NCBI GenBank assembly: GCA_963662405.2
Contig: CAXXKT010000001.1
Coordinates: 1,216,001 to 1,280,000, forward strand
Direction: 5' to 3'
Origin: Syntrophales bacterium
GTDB lineage: Bacteria > Desulfobacterota > Syntrophia > Syntrophales > UBA2210
DNA: 64,000 nt
Below the pieces are notes generated by a model, which did not search any database, was not told the origin of the DNA, and saw only the letters and a program-made list of their open reading frames with translations. How positions within the stretch are numbered: the first letter of the stretch is position 1; every line of letters begins with the position of its first letter. Of the stretch, positions 9,654 to 20,001 are shown piece after piece. Position numbers and translations under genes: made by a program.

Positions 9654-10562
9654 CTATTTGATCAGATTCTTGCTCTTCAGCCACTCCATGGCCACATCAT
9701 GGACCTGCCGGTGGTCCACATCCACGGCCTTATTCAACTGCTGCATCTCTTCGGTGGTCAGGTTGTCGGCAATCGGTTTCAATATGGTTTCGATCTCGGG
9801 ATACGTGTCAAGGACTCCCTTCCTGACGACGGGTACGGGATTGTACACGGGGAAGAAGTACTTGTCGTCTTCAAGATTGACAAAACCGAAGGCGGCGATC
9901 CTGCCATCGGTTGCGAAACCCATTGCGGAATTGACCAGCCCCTTCTGCAACGCCTGGTAGGTAAGACCGACCGACATCTTCTTGACCTGCCTGGCGGGCA
10001 GTTTAAAATGATAGGTTTTCATGATCCCTTTAAATCCGTCAGGGCGTTCCCAGAATTCCGAATCCAAGGCGAATATGAGCTTATCCGGATTTTTCGTGAC
10101 GTAGACGCCCAGATCGGAGATACTCTTGATCCCGAGTTTCTCCGCTTCCGTCTTCCGCATCATCAGGGTATAGGTGTTGTTGAACCGGACGGGATCGAGC
10201 CAGACAAGTCCCTTTTCAGCGTCGGCTGTTTTCACCCAGTCATACACCTTCTCGGGGACGGTCATGGTCTTTGTGTCCTTCTGCTTGTAATACAGGGTGT
10301 ATGCCGTCCCCGTATACTCATAATAGAGATCGACCTGGGCATTTTCCAGTGATTTCCTGGCGATTACCGATCCAACCCCCGTCTTCAGCGAGACGTTGAA
10401 CCCCTCCTGCCCGAGAAGGATGCCGGCAAGCTCCGGAAGCAGGAGCTGTTCCGTAAAGTTCTTGCCGCCAACGATAAGGTTTTTCTCCCCGCCGACGGCA
10501 GCGCCCGAAAGTGAGAATATGGTAACAATAACCAGACAGACAGTATATTTCAATATCCGCAT
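9654..10562 (-). CDS. Glycine betaine/choline/carnitine-family ABC transporter substrate-binding protein (OpuCC/OsmF-like)
   Basis: GGKNFTEQ, YYEYTGT, NNTY and FFPVY motifs with a signal peptide. AGGAGG SD precedes ATG 10562. Confidence 0.9.
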   Translation of the reverse strand: MRILKYTVCLVIVTIFSLSGAAVGGEKNLIVGGKNFTEQLLLPELAGILLGQEGFNVSLKTGVGSVIARKSLENAQVDLYYEYTGTAYTLYYKQKDTKTMTVPEKVYDWVKTADAEKGLVWLDPVRFNNTYTLMMRKTEAEKLGIKSISDLGVYVTKNPDKLIFALDSEFWERPDGFKGIMKTYHFKLPARQVKKMSVGLTYQALQKGLVNSAMGFATDGRIAAFGFVNLEDDKYFFPVYNPVPVVRKGVLDTYPEIETILKPIADNLTTEEMQQLNKAVDVDHRQVHDVAMEWLKSKNLIK

Positions 10563-10617
10563 AATACTACCTCCTTTTTTGACTCTCGGTGCACCGCGGA
10601 GCACCGTGTGTGATGGT

Positions 10618-11349
10618 TCAATCCGAAAGACGGAGCCCTTTCGAAACCAGAAGCAGCCCCATAAGCTCAGAGAGAAAATCCGCAAAAAGTGCCAGCAGCG
10701 TTACCGGAATAGCGCCGGCCAGCAGCTTGTCCGTTTGCATAAGGCTGATTCCCGTAAATATCAGATCTCCCAGGCCTCCGGCCCCGATGACATAAGCGAG
10801 CGCGGCGGTCCCGATATTGATTATCAGGGCCACCCTGAATCCCGTGAGAATCACCGTCATGGCATTCGGTATCTCCACCTCCATCAGAATCCTGATGGGA
10901 GGCATTCCCATGCCTTTCCCGGCGTCGATCAGCTCCGGGGGTACCGCTGTAATCCCGGCAAGGGTATTGCGTGCGATGGGGAGGATGGAATAGATAGTCA
11001 GGGCAAAGATGGCCGGCTTTGTGCCGATACCCAGGAAACTCATTGCCAACGCGAGAACGGCAAGGGAGGGGATGGTTTGTCCCAGTCCGATAGTATACAT
11101 GCATATACCGGCATATCTGCGCAACCGTTTTCTGGTCAGTAAAATACCCGCCGTTACTCCTATGACCGTGGCGATGCTCATACTGACCGTTACTATGTAC
11201 AGATGCTGGACGAACAATTCCATGATAACGGGATATTCGTATGGGTCGGAGAGTAACTCTATAAGCCCGGTCCGTTCGGCAACCACGCCCACGGCAAGAA
11301 TCACAATCGCCAGTATGACCCGATACAATTTTATCAGTAGTCTTATCAT
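10618..11349 (-). CDS. Osmoprotectant ABC transporter permease
   Basis: QTIPSLA, EAA-like loop DAGKGMGM and GAGGLG. Confidence 0.9.
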   Translation of the reverse strand: MIRLLIKLYRVILAIVILAVGVVAERTGLIELLSDPYEYPVIMELFVQHLYIVTVSMSIATVIGVTAGILLTRKRLRRYAGICMYTIGLGQTIPSLAVLALAMSFLGIGTKPAIFALTIYSILPIARNTLAGITAVPPELIDAGKGMGMPPIRILMEVEIPNAMTVILTGFRVALIINIGTAALAYVIGAGGLGDLIFTGISLMQTDKLLAGAIPVTLLALFADFLSELMGLLLVSKGLRLSD

Positions 11350-12014
11350 CGCGCGAGTTTCCTCTGTACCTTGATGCCTTCGGGCGTCGCGAGCCGTTCC
11401 AGCAGGGCCATTCCACCGTCAACGATTATGGCGAGGAGGGAAACCAGTATGGCACCGCTCAGTATCATCTCCGGATACACGCGGGCAATACCCTGCTGGA
11501 TGTATACACCCAGCCCTCCCGCCCCGATATAGGTGGCGATAGCGGCAATGCCGATATTCATGACGGCGGCCGTCCTCAACCCCGCAATGATGACGGGGGT
11601 GGCCAGCGGGATTTCCAATTCTCTCAGGAGTTTCCATTTGCCCATCCCCATACCTCTGCCCGCGTCCACCAGGGAAGGAGGAACATTCTGGATGGCCGTA
11701 TAGGTGTTCCTGATGATAGGGAGCTGACTGTACAGAACCAGGGCTATCACGGCAGGGACCTTGCCCAACCCCATATTGACTATCGCAAGGGCAGGGAGCA
11801 TCAGCCCGAAGAGGGCAATGGAGGGTATCGTCATGAGGATGTTGGCGCCGTTCAAGACCCGGGACGCGAGCTGCTCGCGTTTCGTAATGACGATGCCCAG
11901 AATCACGCCGATGGGTGTGGCTATAAGGAGTGCTACCCCCACAATCCATATATGCTCCCAGGAGAGGTACAGAACCTCGCCAAAGTTATCAGCCATAAAT
12001 CGCAGCGTGCTCAT
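11346..12014 (-). CDS. Osmoprotectant ABC transporter permease
   Basis: TIPSIALFG, DAGRGMGM and IGAGGLG; 4-bp overlaps with both neighbours. Confidence 0.9.
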   Translation of the reverse strand: MSTLRFMADNFGEVLYLSWEHIWIVGVALLIATPIGVILGIVITKREQLASRVLNGANILMTIPSIALFGLMLPALAIVNMGLGKVPAVIALVLYSQLPIIRNTYTAIQNVPPSLVDAGRGMGMGKWKLLRELEIPLATPVIIAGLRTAAVMNIGIAAIATYIGAGGLGVYIQQGIARVYPEMILSGAILVSLLAIIVDGGMALLERLATPEGIKVQRKLAR

Positions 12015-13159
12015 CCCGAGGCCCCATTTTCACCGGCTTCCGCCTCATCGGCGTAACTCTCCCTGACCACCTTCTGTATATCGTTGTACGTGACTGTCCC
12101 CGCAAATCGACCATTCTCGTCCAGGGCGCAGAAGGTGACCTCATCGTGCATCAACATGAAGGAGAGGACATCACGCAGCGAGGTCCTCTCCTTGAGAAAG
12201 AGGGGGTAGTGTTCCACCAGATCCCGCACCGGCCCGTTTTCATACTTGAGGATCTTTGGTGTGACATGCCCGATAGGGCGGTCGTTCTCGATCACGATAC
12301 CGTAACGGAATCCCTTCTCGTCGAGAAAGTGCAGGGCATCCGGGGCATTGTCCCCTCCGCGTATAATATTCTTCGGTCTCCGGTTGATCACGTCGGAAAC
12401 CTGCATGAGCCCGAGGACCTTCAGCGCCCGATCGGCACCGACGAAGTCGGCGACGAACTTGTTTTTGGGCTGTGTCAGGATCACCTCCGGTGTCTCGTAC
12501 TGTATCAGGCGTCCCCGGTCGAAGAGGGCGATACGGTCTCCCATCTTGATCGCCTCGTGGATGTCGTGCGAGACGAAGGCGATCGTCTTCTTCAGTTTTG
12601 CCTGGAGCTTGAGGAATTCGTTCTGGATCTGCTCCCGGTTGATGGGGTCGATGGCACCAAAGGGTTCGTCCATAAGCAGTATGTCGGGGTCCGCGGCAAG
12701 CCCCCGAGCTACCCCCACCCTCTGTTGCTGGCCGCCGGAGAGTTCGGCGGGGTAACGGTCCCTGTACAGCGCAGGTTCCAGGTTAGTCATTTGAAGCAGG
12801 TCATCAATTCGCTGACTGATACGTCCTTTATCCCACCCCAGGAGTTTGGGAACAACGGCGATGTTATCGGCGATGGTTTTATTCGGGAAGAGACCGATGG
12901 CCTGGATGACATACCCCAGCCGCTGCCTGAGTTCCACCACATCCAGGTCCATGATATTCTGATTGTCGATGGTGATGTTTCCCCGCGTGAGGGTCTCCAG
13001 GCGGTTGGTCAGGCGCAGCGTCGTGGTCTTGCCGCACCCCGAGGGTCCGAGAAAAACGACGATTTCTCCCTGTGGTATGGTGAAACTGACATTGTCGAGG
13101 GCCGTGACGGCGTCCCTCCCCGTACCGAATATCTTGGTGACAGATTCGTAGGTAATCAT
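12011..13159 (-). CDS. Osmoprotectant ABC transporter ATPase with C-terminal CBS domains
   Basis: Walker A GPSGCGKT, LSGGQQQR and MDEPFGA. Confidence 0.92.
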   Translation of the reverse strand: MITYESVTKIFGTGRDAVTALDNVSFTIPQGEIVVFLGPSGCGKTTTLRLTNRLETLTRGNITIDNQNIMDLDVVELRQRLGYVIQAIGLFPNKTIADNIAVVPKLLGWDKGRISQRIDDLLQMTNLEPALYRDRYPAELSGGQQQRVGVARGLAADPDILLMDEPFGAIDPINREQIQNEFLKLQAKLKKTIAFVSHDIHEAIKMGDRIALFDRGRLIQYETPEVILTQPKNKFVADFVGADRALKVLGLMQVSDVINRRPKNIIRGGDNAPDALHFLDEKGFRYGIVIENDRPIGHVTPKILKYENGPVRDLVEHYPLFLKERTSLRDVLSFMLMHDEVTFCALDENGRFAGTVTYNDIQKVVRESYADEAEAGENGASG

Positions 13160-13503
13160 GAGACCCCTCTTCGATCTGCAAAACAGTTTCGGAACAACGA
13201 TCTAATAACAATGTATGATGTTTCTTGATTCGTTTCTTCAGTCCCGTAAGGTCGCATAAGAGGGTGAACATGCACGCTTCACCCCACCGGAGACGCAAGC
13301 AGCGGGTTCCGAAACACCTGGGATGGTTTGACCACACAATGTTTGTGTAAAAACATTTTGTAACACATCCGATATTTCCTGTCAAATCAGAGGTGCCGGC
13401 CGGAAGAAAGTACGTTGAGACACGGAGAAGAGGGCGGGGCGTGCCCTTTTCGGGGATATGGGGAGCGGTGAGGGGACGGCATGAAATGGTGCGATCTGGA
13501 AGG

Positions 13504-14240
13504 TCATGCCTCTGAGTTCAATTGTTCCAGGGCCTCGGAAATGCGTTTCCTCACCAGAGTGGCTGTTTCCTCAGGGCGGAACCCCTGAAATGACGCAGAG
13601 GGTATCTCTTCGAGGATTCTGACCGTCATGCGCTGCGTGCCGTGAAAATTCAGGCTGTCTCTCGGAAGGGCGTCTCGTGTGCCGTTGATGGCAATGGGGA
13701 GGATCGGGATCTTGTTGCTGTGGGCCAGGATAAAGACCCCCGGTTTGAACGGTTTGACGGCACCGGTTTTCGATCGCGTCCCTTCGGGAAGAGAAAGACG
13801 GAACTCCCTCCGGCGAGTGCCGTGGTGCAATCCCCCAACATTCTTTGTACGCTCCTCTTGTTTCCCCTGACCAGCTTGATGGAGCGGTTCAGGGTCATAT
13901 TCCATCCCACGAAGGGGATCCGGAATATCTCCACCTTCGATACCCACTTGAAGGGGAAAAATATGCGGAATGTGACAACTATGTCGAGAAGGGACTGATG
14001 GTTGGAAACGATCACATATGTCTTCTACCCAATATATTTTCTCCCCTTGATCGAACCCTTCCACGAGGGCATCACCCAGATATAGATTGATGCCCAGAAG
14101 GAATTGAAATAATGAAGGATGCGGAGACGTTTGTCGAAGAGGACGGTCGTCAGACATATGATCAGGGCCAGCAGGAATAGGACCATGCTGGAGAGTGCGA
14201 TAAATGAGAGAAAGAGGACCGAAATGATACGATTTGTCAT
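13504..14240 (-). pseudogene. plsC: 1-acyl-sn-glycerol-3-phosphate acyltransferase pseudogene (in-frame TAG plus frameshift)
   Basis: In-frame TAG at 14025-14027 (GRKYIG*KTYVIVSNHQSLLD). A 1-nt loss near 13785 splits the FPEGTRS motif across frames. Confidence 0.8.
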
Positions 14241-14612
14241 CTGAGCATACTCCTCAATCGCCGAATGCTTGTACCGCCCGGTGATATGCACCGAAAGAGT
14301 GAAGAAAACAATTCAAGAAGTTCCGGTCTGTGTTATTCTTGCCGGTGTGTATCCGGTCCTCTTCCTGCGGTTTGTCCCCTATACGGAACTCCGTTCATTC
14401 CTGTCAATACAAAGGACAGCAGGGGTGCCCTTTCTCGGTTAACCTCTTATTCCCAGTGCCCCGTCTCTCTGTTGGTGAAGAGAGGTCTGCCCCCGCGTGA
14501 GGTGAAGCCCATAACTAGCTGTTAACGCGGTTTATTTTTTGATTAAGGAGAAGGGGGTCGCCGAGTATCCGTATATGATGAAATATTTTTATTGATAATC
14601 GAGTATGTTTTC

Positions 14613-14639
14613 TAAAGAAAATTGATTATATGCCGATGA
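14613..14639 (+). promoter_or_regulatory. sigma28 (FliA)-type promoter
   Basis: TAAA-N15-GCCGATGA with canonical spacing. Confidence 0.7.
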
Positions 14640-14771
14640 TGCACTTGGAAGGTCATCTGTCTCGGGTGAATGTCACCGCATGCTTTTAGGGGGGAGTAGG
14701 GGGAGAGGTGTGTCGATCCGAACATCTCTCAGTACGGGTTCAGACATACTCACGAAGGAAAGGTGCTGTCA

Positions 14772-16172
14772 ATGGACTCGCCGAAGATATTGATAGTGGA
14801 CGACAGTCCCACGACTCGAACTTCTTTGTCAAGGCGACTCGAGCAACTCGGGAACCGGGTCGTCCAGGCGCAGGACGGGCAACAGGGTCTCGAAAGAGCT
14901 CTCACGGGCAGATTTGATCTAATCATCTCCGATGTGGATATGCCGCATATGGATGGTTTCACCTTCTGCAAAGAGATCAAGAACAATCCTGCCACCAGAA
15001 GCGTTCCGGTTGTTATGTTGAGTTCTTTGGATGACGACCGGAACATTGACAGAGGTTTTCAGTCGGGTGCCTCGGCCTACGTCTCGAAGGCCGAGGCGCA
15101 GGAAGAGCTGTATGCGACCGTTGCGCGGGTTCTCGACCAGTTCAAGTCTCACCACAGACACCTGATCCTCGTTGTCGACGACTCACCGACGATCCGGAGC
15201 CTGGTAGGAGGCGAGCTTGAATCCGCCGGCTTTCGGGTCTCCATTGCCAAAGACGGAAAAGACGCCTTGGCGGCGCTTGAAAAGGAACCCCCGAATCTCA
15301 TCCTCAGCGATATCAATATGCCCGTCATGGACGGGATTGCGTTGTGTAAGACTATCCACGAAAACAATGGCTGGGCCGATATCCCCTTTGTGACGATGAG
15401 CACCAATAGCGACCGGGCAATTATGCGGCGCATGCTGGAATGGGGGGCGTCCGCCTATCTGGTCAAGCCCTTCAATCTTGAGCAGCTGGTTATTACGATC
15501 GAAAAATTGCTTTCGGACCATTTCCTGATTGTTTTCAAGGACAAACAGCGGCTTGAAGCGGAACGGAGAATGATGCTGGCGAGCATTACCAGTCTCGTCG
15601 TGGCCCTTGAGGCACGTGATCACTATACACGGGGACATTCCGAATCCGTGTCTCTCCTCGTCTCCAAAATGGGTGCCCAGATGGGGCTGGCACCGGAGGA
15701 GATCGATTCGCTCGGGATTGCGGGGAGGCTGCATGATATCGGGAAGATCGGCATCCCCGATCACATACTCCTCAAGCCGGGGCGTCTAACCGAAGCCGAA
15801 TTTTCGATTGTCAAGGAGCACCCGTTGACGGGGGTACAGATCCTCGGCTCGATTCCGAGCATGCAGGATATCATGCCGGTGATCAGGCATCATCACGAAC
15901 GGTTTGACGGGACGGGGTATCCTGATGGACTCAAGGGGAACCAGATCCCCTTGTGGGCCCGGATGACGGCTGTTGCGGATACCTATGACGCCCTGATCAG
16001 TGATCGCCCCTACCGGAAGGGGATGTCGCAGGGGAAGGCGTTGAACATCATTGAAGACGTGAGGGGAACCCAGTTGTGCCCGGACTGTGTGGATGTCTTT
16101 ATCAAATTCATTTTCGATTGTGAGGAAGGTGTTTCCTGTGAAGGGGAGAAAATCGTATCCGTTTCCGTCTGA
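14772..16172 (+). CDS. Tandem REC-REC response regulator with HD-GYP phosphodiesterase domain
   Basis: Two receiver domains (IVDDS..SDVDMP; VVDDS..SDINMP), HDIGK and HHERFDGTGYP. Confidence 0.92.
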   Translation: MDSPKILIVDDSPTTRTSLSRRLEQLGNRVVQAQDGQQGLERALTGRFDLIISDVDMPHMDGFTFCKEIKNNPATRSVPVVMLSSLDDDRNIDRGFQSGASAYVSKAEAQEELYATVARVLDQFKSHHRHLILVVDDSPTIRSLVGGELESAGFRVSIAKDGKDALAALEKEPPNLILSDINMPVMDGIALCKTIHENNGWADIPFVTMSTNSDRAIMRRMLEWGASAYLVKPFNLEQLVITIEKLLSDHFLIVFKDKQRLEAERRMMLASITSLVVALEARDHYTRGHSESVSLLVSKMGAQMGLAPEEIDSLGIAGRLHDIGKIGIPDHILLKPGRLTEAEFSIVKEHPLTGVQILGSIPSMQDIMPVIRHHHERFDGTGYPDGLKGNQIPLWARMTAVADTYDALISDRPYRKGMSQGKALNIIEDVRGTQLCPDCVDVFIKFIFDCEEGVSCEGEKIVSVSV

Positions 16173-16213
16173 TCACCTGCTCCATCGCATTTTTGAAAGG
16201 CCTCTCAAATGAA

Positions 16214-17095
16214 TCAGGTCCCTTCTCCGGTCTTACGGAGGAGGAGATGCCAGTCCTCGGTCACCATCTCCTGGATCTGCTCCCGGTCGGCCTCGGTCAG
16301 GTGCCCGAAGCGCCCCTGGAGCTTCAGGTACTCGCTGACCGGAAAACCACGGGGAGTGTGATTGAGGGTGTAGTGCACGCCGTCTGTGACCTCGTAGAGT
16401 GGAAAGATGCAGGTTTCCACGGCCATCCGCGCGATCCTGACCGACATCTCTGAGGGCATTCGCCACCCGGTGGGGCAGGTCGTATAGATGTGGAGGAAGC
16501 GGGAACCTTTTGTCTCCCGTGCCCGCCGGACCTTTTTGACCAGATCTTCGGGGAAGGCGATGCTCGCCGTTGCGGCGTACGGGATGCGGTGGGCGGCGAG
16601 GGCCTCGACGATATTCTTTTTGCGTCCCCGTTTCCACTGGATCCCGGGAGTCGTAGTGGTCCACGCGCCGTACGGGGTGGCGGAGCTGCGCTGGATGCCC
16701 GTGTTCATGTAGGCCTCGTTATCATAGCATACATAGATGAAATCCTCGTTCCGCTCGACGGCCCCGCTCAGGGCCTGGAAGCCGATGTCGAAGGTCCCCC
16801 CGTCGCCGGCCCAGGTGACGACGACCGTTTCTGTGTCCCCTTTCGCGTCCAGGGCCGCGCGGACACCGCTCGCGACGGCTCCCCCCGCTTCGAAGGCGGA
16901 GTGGATGAGGGGGACCTGGAGGGTCGACTGGGGGTAGGGCCCCGCGATGATCGACCAGCAGCAGGCGGGGAGGACTATAATGGTCTTTTCACCCATGGCC
17001 TTGAGAAAGAACTTCATGGCAATGGCGGCGCCGCAGCCGGGACACCCCACGTGTCCGGAGTACATATAATCCTCTTCAGGGATGTTTAAGCGCAT
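16214..17095 (-). CDS. porB: 2-oxoacid:acceptor oxidoreductase beta subunit (TPP-binding)
   Basis: CPGCG and GDGGTFDIG...DNEAYMNTG. Substrate is uncertain. Confidence 0.85.
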   Translation of the reverse strand: MRLNIPEEDYMYSGHVGCPGCGAAIAMKFFLKAMGEKTIIVLPACCWSIIAGPYPQSTLQVPLIHSAFEAGGAVASGVRAALDAKGDTETVVVTWAGDGGTFDIGFQALSGAVERNEDFIYVCYDNEAYMNTGIQRSSATPYGAWTTTTPGIQWKRGRKKNIVEALAAHRIPYAATASIAFPEDLVKKVRRARETKGSRFLHIYTTCPTGWRMPSEMSVRIARMAVETCIFPLYEVTDGVHYTLNHTPRGFPVSEYLKLQGRFGHLTEADREQIQEMVTEDWHLLLRKTGEGT

Positions 17096-18254
17096 CAGGC
17101 ACCTCCTTGAGACCGATCCAGATATCCTCCCGTTCGGGCCGGTCCGCCGCCGCCGTCTGCCGGTAGATCCCCTCTAGGATCTCTTGTGTAACGTCGCGGC
17201 CCCCGATCCCGGCGACAAACCCGAAGACGGGAGGGTGCCCGGGGGTATTGCACAGGGCCGCCCGGATCTCCTGCGCGAAGATACCGCTCGCGCCGAAGGA
17301 GAAATTCCGGTCGATGACGGCCACCTTCCGTGCCGGGGTGAGGACCCGGCGGATCTCTTCCACGGGGAAGGGCCTGAAGAGTTTGACCTTGAGGAGACCC
17401 GCCTTTTCTCCCCGCTCGCGCAGGTCGTCGACCAGCGCGCGACAGGTGCTCGTCATGGTCCCCGATGTGACAAGGATGATCTCCGCGTCGTCACACCGGA
17501 CCGGCTCGACGGCGGTCCAACGGCGACCGCAGATCTCGGCGAACCGCTCTTCCACCGTGGGAAGAACTTCCCGGGCGGCCTCCATCCCCTCGGCGATGCT
17601 GCGGCGCATCTCCATATAGGTATCCGGCGTCACCAGCGACCCGAAGGCGCAGGGATGAGCCGTGTCGAGCTGGAAGTGCGGGGTAAAGGGGGGGAGAAAG
17701 CGATCGATGGTCCCCTGTTCCGGGATATCGACTGGTTCATAGGTGTGGGAAAGGAAGAAGGCGTCCAGGACGACCATGACGGGGAGATTGACCTGCTCCG
17801 CCAGGGAAAAGGCCTGGATGGTCGTATCGAGGGTCTCCTGTCCGTCCTCGCAGTAGAGCTGAATCCAGCCGGTGTCCCTCTGGGCCAGACTGTCCGTCTG
17901 ATCGGTCCAGATGTTCCACCCCGGTCCCAGGGAGCGGTTCACCTCGGCCATGACGATCGGGAGGCGCGCCCCCGATGCCCAGTGCAGAAGCTCATGCATC
18001 AGGGCCAGCCCCTGGGACGAGGTCGCCGTAAAGGTCCGCACGCCGCTGCTCGCCGCCCCGATCAGGGCCGCCAGGGCGGAGTGTTCGCTTTCCACCTTCA
18101 GGAACCGGGCATCCAGGGTCCCGTCGGAGCAAAAGCCGGAGAGGGTCTCGACGATATGCGTCTGGGGGGTGATCGGATAGGCAGAGATGACGCTGACCCG
18201 GGCCAGACGGACCGCTTCCGCCACGGCCTGACTCCCCTCAATCACCTTCTTCAT
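17076..18254 (-). CDS. porA: 2-oxoacid:acceptor oxidoreductase alpha subunit
   Basis: AYPITPQT, ESEHSA and TATSSQGL. Confidence 0.87.
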   Translation of the reverse strand: MKKVIEGSQAVAEAVRLARVSVISAYPITPQTHIVETLSGFCSDGTLDARFLKVESEHSALAALIGAASSGVRTFTATSSQGLALMHELLHWASGARLPIVMAEVNRSLGPGWNIWTDQTDSLAQRDTGWIQLYCEDGQETLDTTIQAFSLAEQVNLPVMVVLDAFFLSHTYEPVDIPEQGTIDRFLPPFTPHFQLDTAHPCAFGSLVTPDTYMEMRRSIAEGMEAAREVLPTVEERFAEICGRRWTAVEPVRCDDAEIILVTSGTMTSTCRALVDDLRERGEKAGLLKVKLFRPFPVEEIRRVLTPARKVAVIDRNFSFGASGIFAQEIRAALCNTPGHPPVFGFVAGIGGRDVTQEILEGIYRQTAAADRPEREDIWIGLKEVPDALKHP

Positions 18255-20001
18255 ATGCCTCCTCCTCCAGGATCAGGGCGTTACGGGGACACTCGACGGC
18301 ACAGACCCCGCACCCCTTGCAGTAGTCGTAATCGATATGCCTCCCCAGGGGGCCGGAGTCCTTCTTCACGGCCAGGTCGGGGCAGAAGAGATAGCAGTTG
18401 TCGCACTGATTGCACAGCCCGCAGTTGAAGCACCGCTCCGCTTCCCTGATGGCGAGGTTCGCCGATATCCTGAGATGCACCTCCCCGAAGGAGCGGACCC
18501 GCTCCTCGCGAAGGAGGCGGGGCTGTCTCAGGCGGGGATCGAACTGGAAATAGGCCGTGTTGATCTCGTCGGCAGTGACGACGTGGGGGCTGCGTTCGCT
18601 GCGGGGGCCCTCCATATAGATCTCCATCGACAGGGCGTCCTCCTGACCGACGCGGCACGTCGCCAGCCGCGGTTCCACCGCATCGCTCCCCTTCGCCAAA
18701 AGGGTGTCGAGGATCATGGCCGCCTCTTTCCCCGATGCGATGGCGTGGGCGACGCTTTTCGTTGTATTGGTCAGGTCGCCGCCGTAGACGACGGGTCCGT
18801 CTGCCTTCTGCTGCAGGACGCAATGGCTGAAACGCAGGACCCCATCCCCCGTATCGGGAGGTTCGTACCACGACTGACCGGCCCGCTCTCCGACGGCCGT
18901 GAAGAGGCGGTCGACCCTGATCTCTTCCGTAACTTTGCTCTCCGGTTCGATGTGGGCCCGTCCGTCGGCATCGGTCCCGGCGACCCGCATCGGTTGCACC
19001 GTCACGATAAGCCCGTCGCCGGTACTCATGATCGATACGGGTGCCAGCAGTTCCCGCAGTCCCACCCCCTCGTCGAGGGCCATGGAGATCTCTTCGCCGA
19101 AGGCGGGCATGTCCCGGCGTCTGCGCCGATAGATGATCAGGGCCTTTCCCCCGAGGCGGATAACGGAGCGGGCCACGTCGACGGCGGTGTTCCCCCCGCC
19201 GATGACAGCCGAGAGACCGTTGCAGGGGGTGTGTGTCCCCTCGCGGATCTCGCGGAGGAAGGTAAGGCCATTCCGCACCCCCGGCAGTTCTTCCCCGGGG
19301 ACACCCAGCGCCGCCGAACGGCCGTGACCGCAGGCGATAACGAGGGCGTCGTATTCCTTGGCGAATCGTTCCCTGTCCTTCGGGGAGATCGGTCTTTTCG
19401 TCTGGATCCTGACACCGAGGTCCTCGATCCGCCGGATCTCGTCCCGCAGGACGGCAAGGGGGAGCCGGTAGAGGGGGATCCCCCACCGGAGGATTCCCCC
19501 GGCCTCGTCCGCCTCCTCGAAGAGCTCGGCCTGGTAGCCGAGGATCGTCAGGAAGTACCCCGCCGACAGGCCGGCGGGACCGGCACCGATGACGGCGATC
19601 TTTTTTTGCTTCGGAGCGAGCCGCCTCACCTCCTGCGTGAATGCATTCCGGCGGGCCGTGTTGGCGAGGAAGCCTTCTATGACGTGGATGGTGATCGCCT
19701 CGTCGAATTGCCCGCGGTTGCAGGCATCCTCACAGGGGTGGAAGCAGACGCGACCACAGATCCCCGGAAGGGGGTTTTCTCGGAGGATGGTATCCCACGC
19801 CTCCTTGAAGAGACCCTGCGTGGTCAGCATCTCGACCTTTCCGATATCTTCGGCGGCGGGACAGGCCTGGCTGCAGGGGGCCGTTTTCTCTTGGAACCGT
19901 GGCCGGAGAAACCGCCATGAACCCGTCTTGTTCCCCTCCGTCGTCAGGTATGAGCGGGGGATGAAGAGGGATACCGCCGCAGTATCGGTGTGCTTACTCA
20001 T
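18238..20001 (-). CDS. GltD/DsrL-like FAD/NAD(P) Fe-S oxidoreductase fused with the oxidoreductase delta (2x[4Fe-4S]) subunit
   Basis: N-terminal KTGSWRFLRP, CGRVCFHPCEDAC, GAGPAG, GGGNTA, YRRRRRDMP. C-terminal CFNCGLCNQCDNC..CP and YCKGCGVCAVECP. Start set to ATG 20001. Confidence 0.85.
   Translation of the reverse strand: MSKHTDTAAVSLFIPRSYLTTEGNKTGSWRFLRPRFQEKTAPCSQACPAAEDIGKVEMLTTQGLFKEAWDTILRENPLPGICGRVCFHPCEDACNRGQFDEAITIHVIEGFLANTARRNAFTQEVRRLAPKQKKIAVIGAGPAGLSAGYFLTILGYQAELFEEADEAGGILRWGIPLYRLPLAVLRDEIRRIEDLGVRIQTKRPISPKDRERFAKEYDALVIACGHGRSAALGVPGEELPGVRNGLTFLREIREGTHTPCNGLSAVIGGGNTAVDVARSVIRLGGKALIIYRRRRRDMPAFGEEISMALDEGVGLRELLAPVSIMSTGDGLIVTVQPMRVAGTDADGRAHIEPESKVTEEIRVDRLFTAVGERAGQSWYEPPDTGDGVLRFSHCVLQQKADGPVVYGGDLTNTTKSVAHAIASGKEAAMILDTLLAKGSDAVEPRLATCRVGQEDALSMEIYMEGPRSERSPHVVTADEINTAYFQFDPRLRQPRLLREERVRSFGEVHLRISANLAIREAERCFNCGLCNQCDNCYLFCPDLAVKKDSGPLGRHIDYDYCKGCGVCAVECPRNALILEEEAYEEGD

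Noticed and set aside
14025..14027. Pyrrolysine/amber read-through in plsC
   Set aside because: A second frameshift lesion is present, and TAG serves as a normal stop in other genes here.
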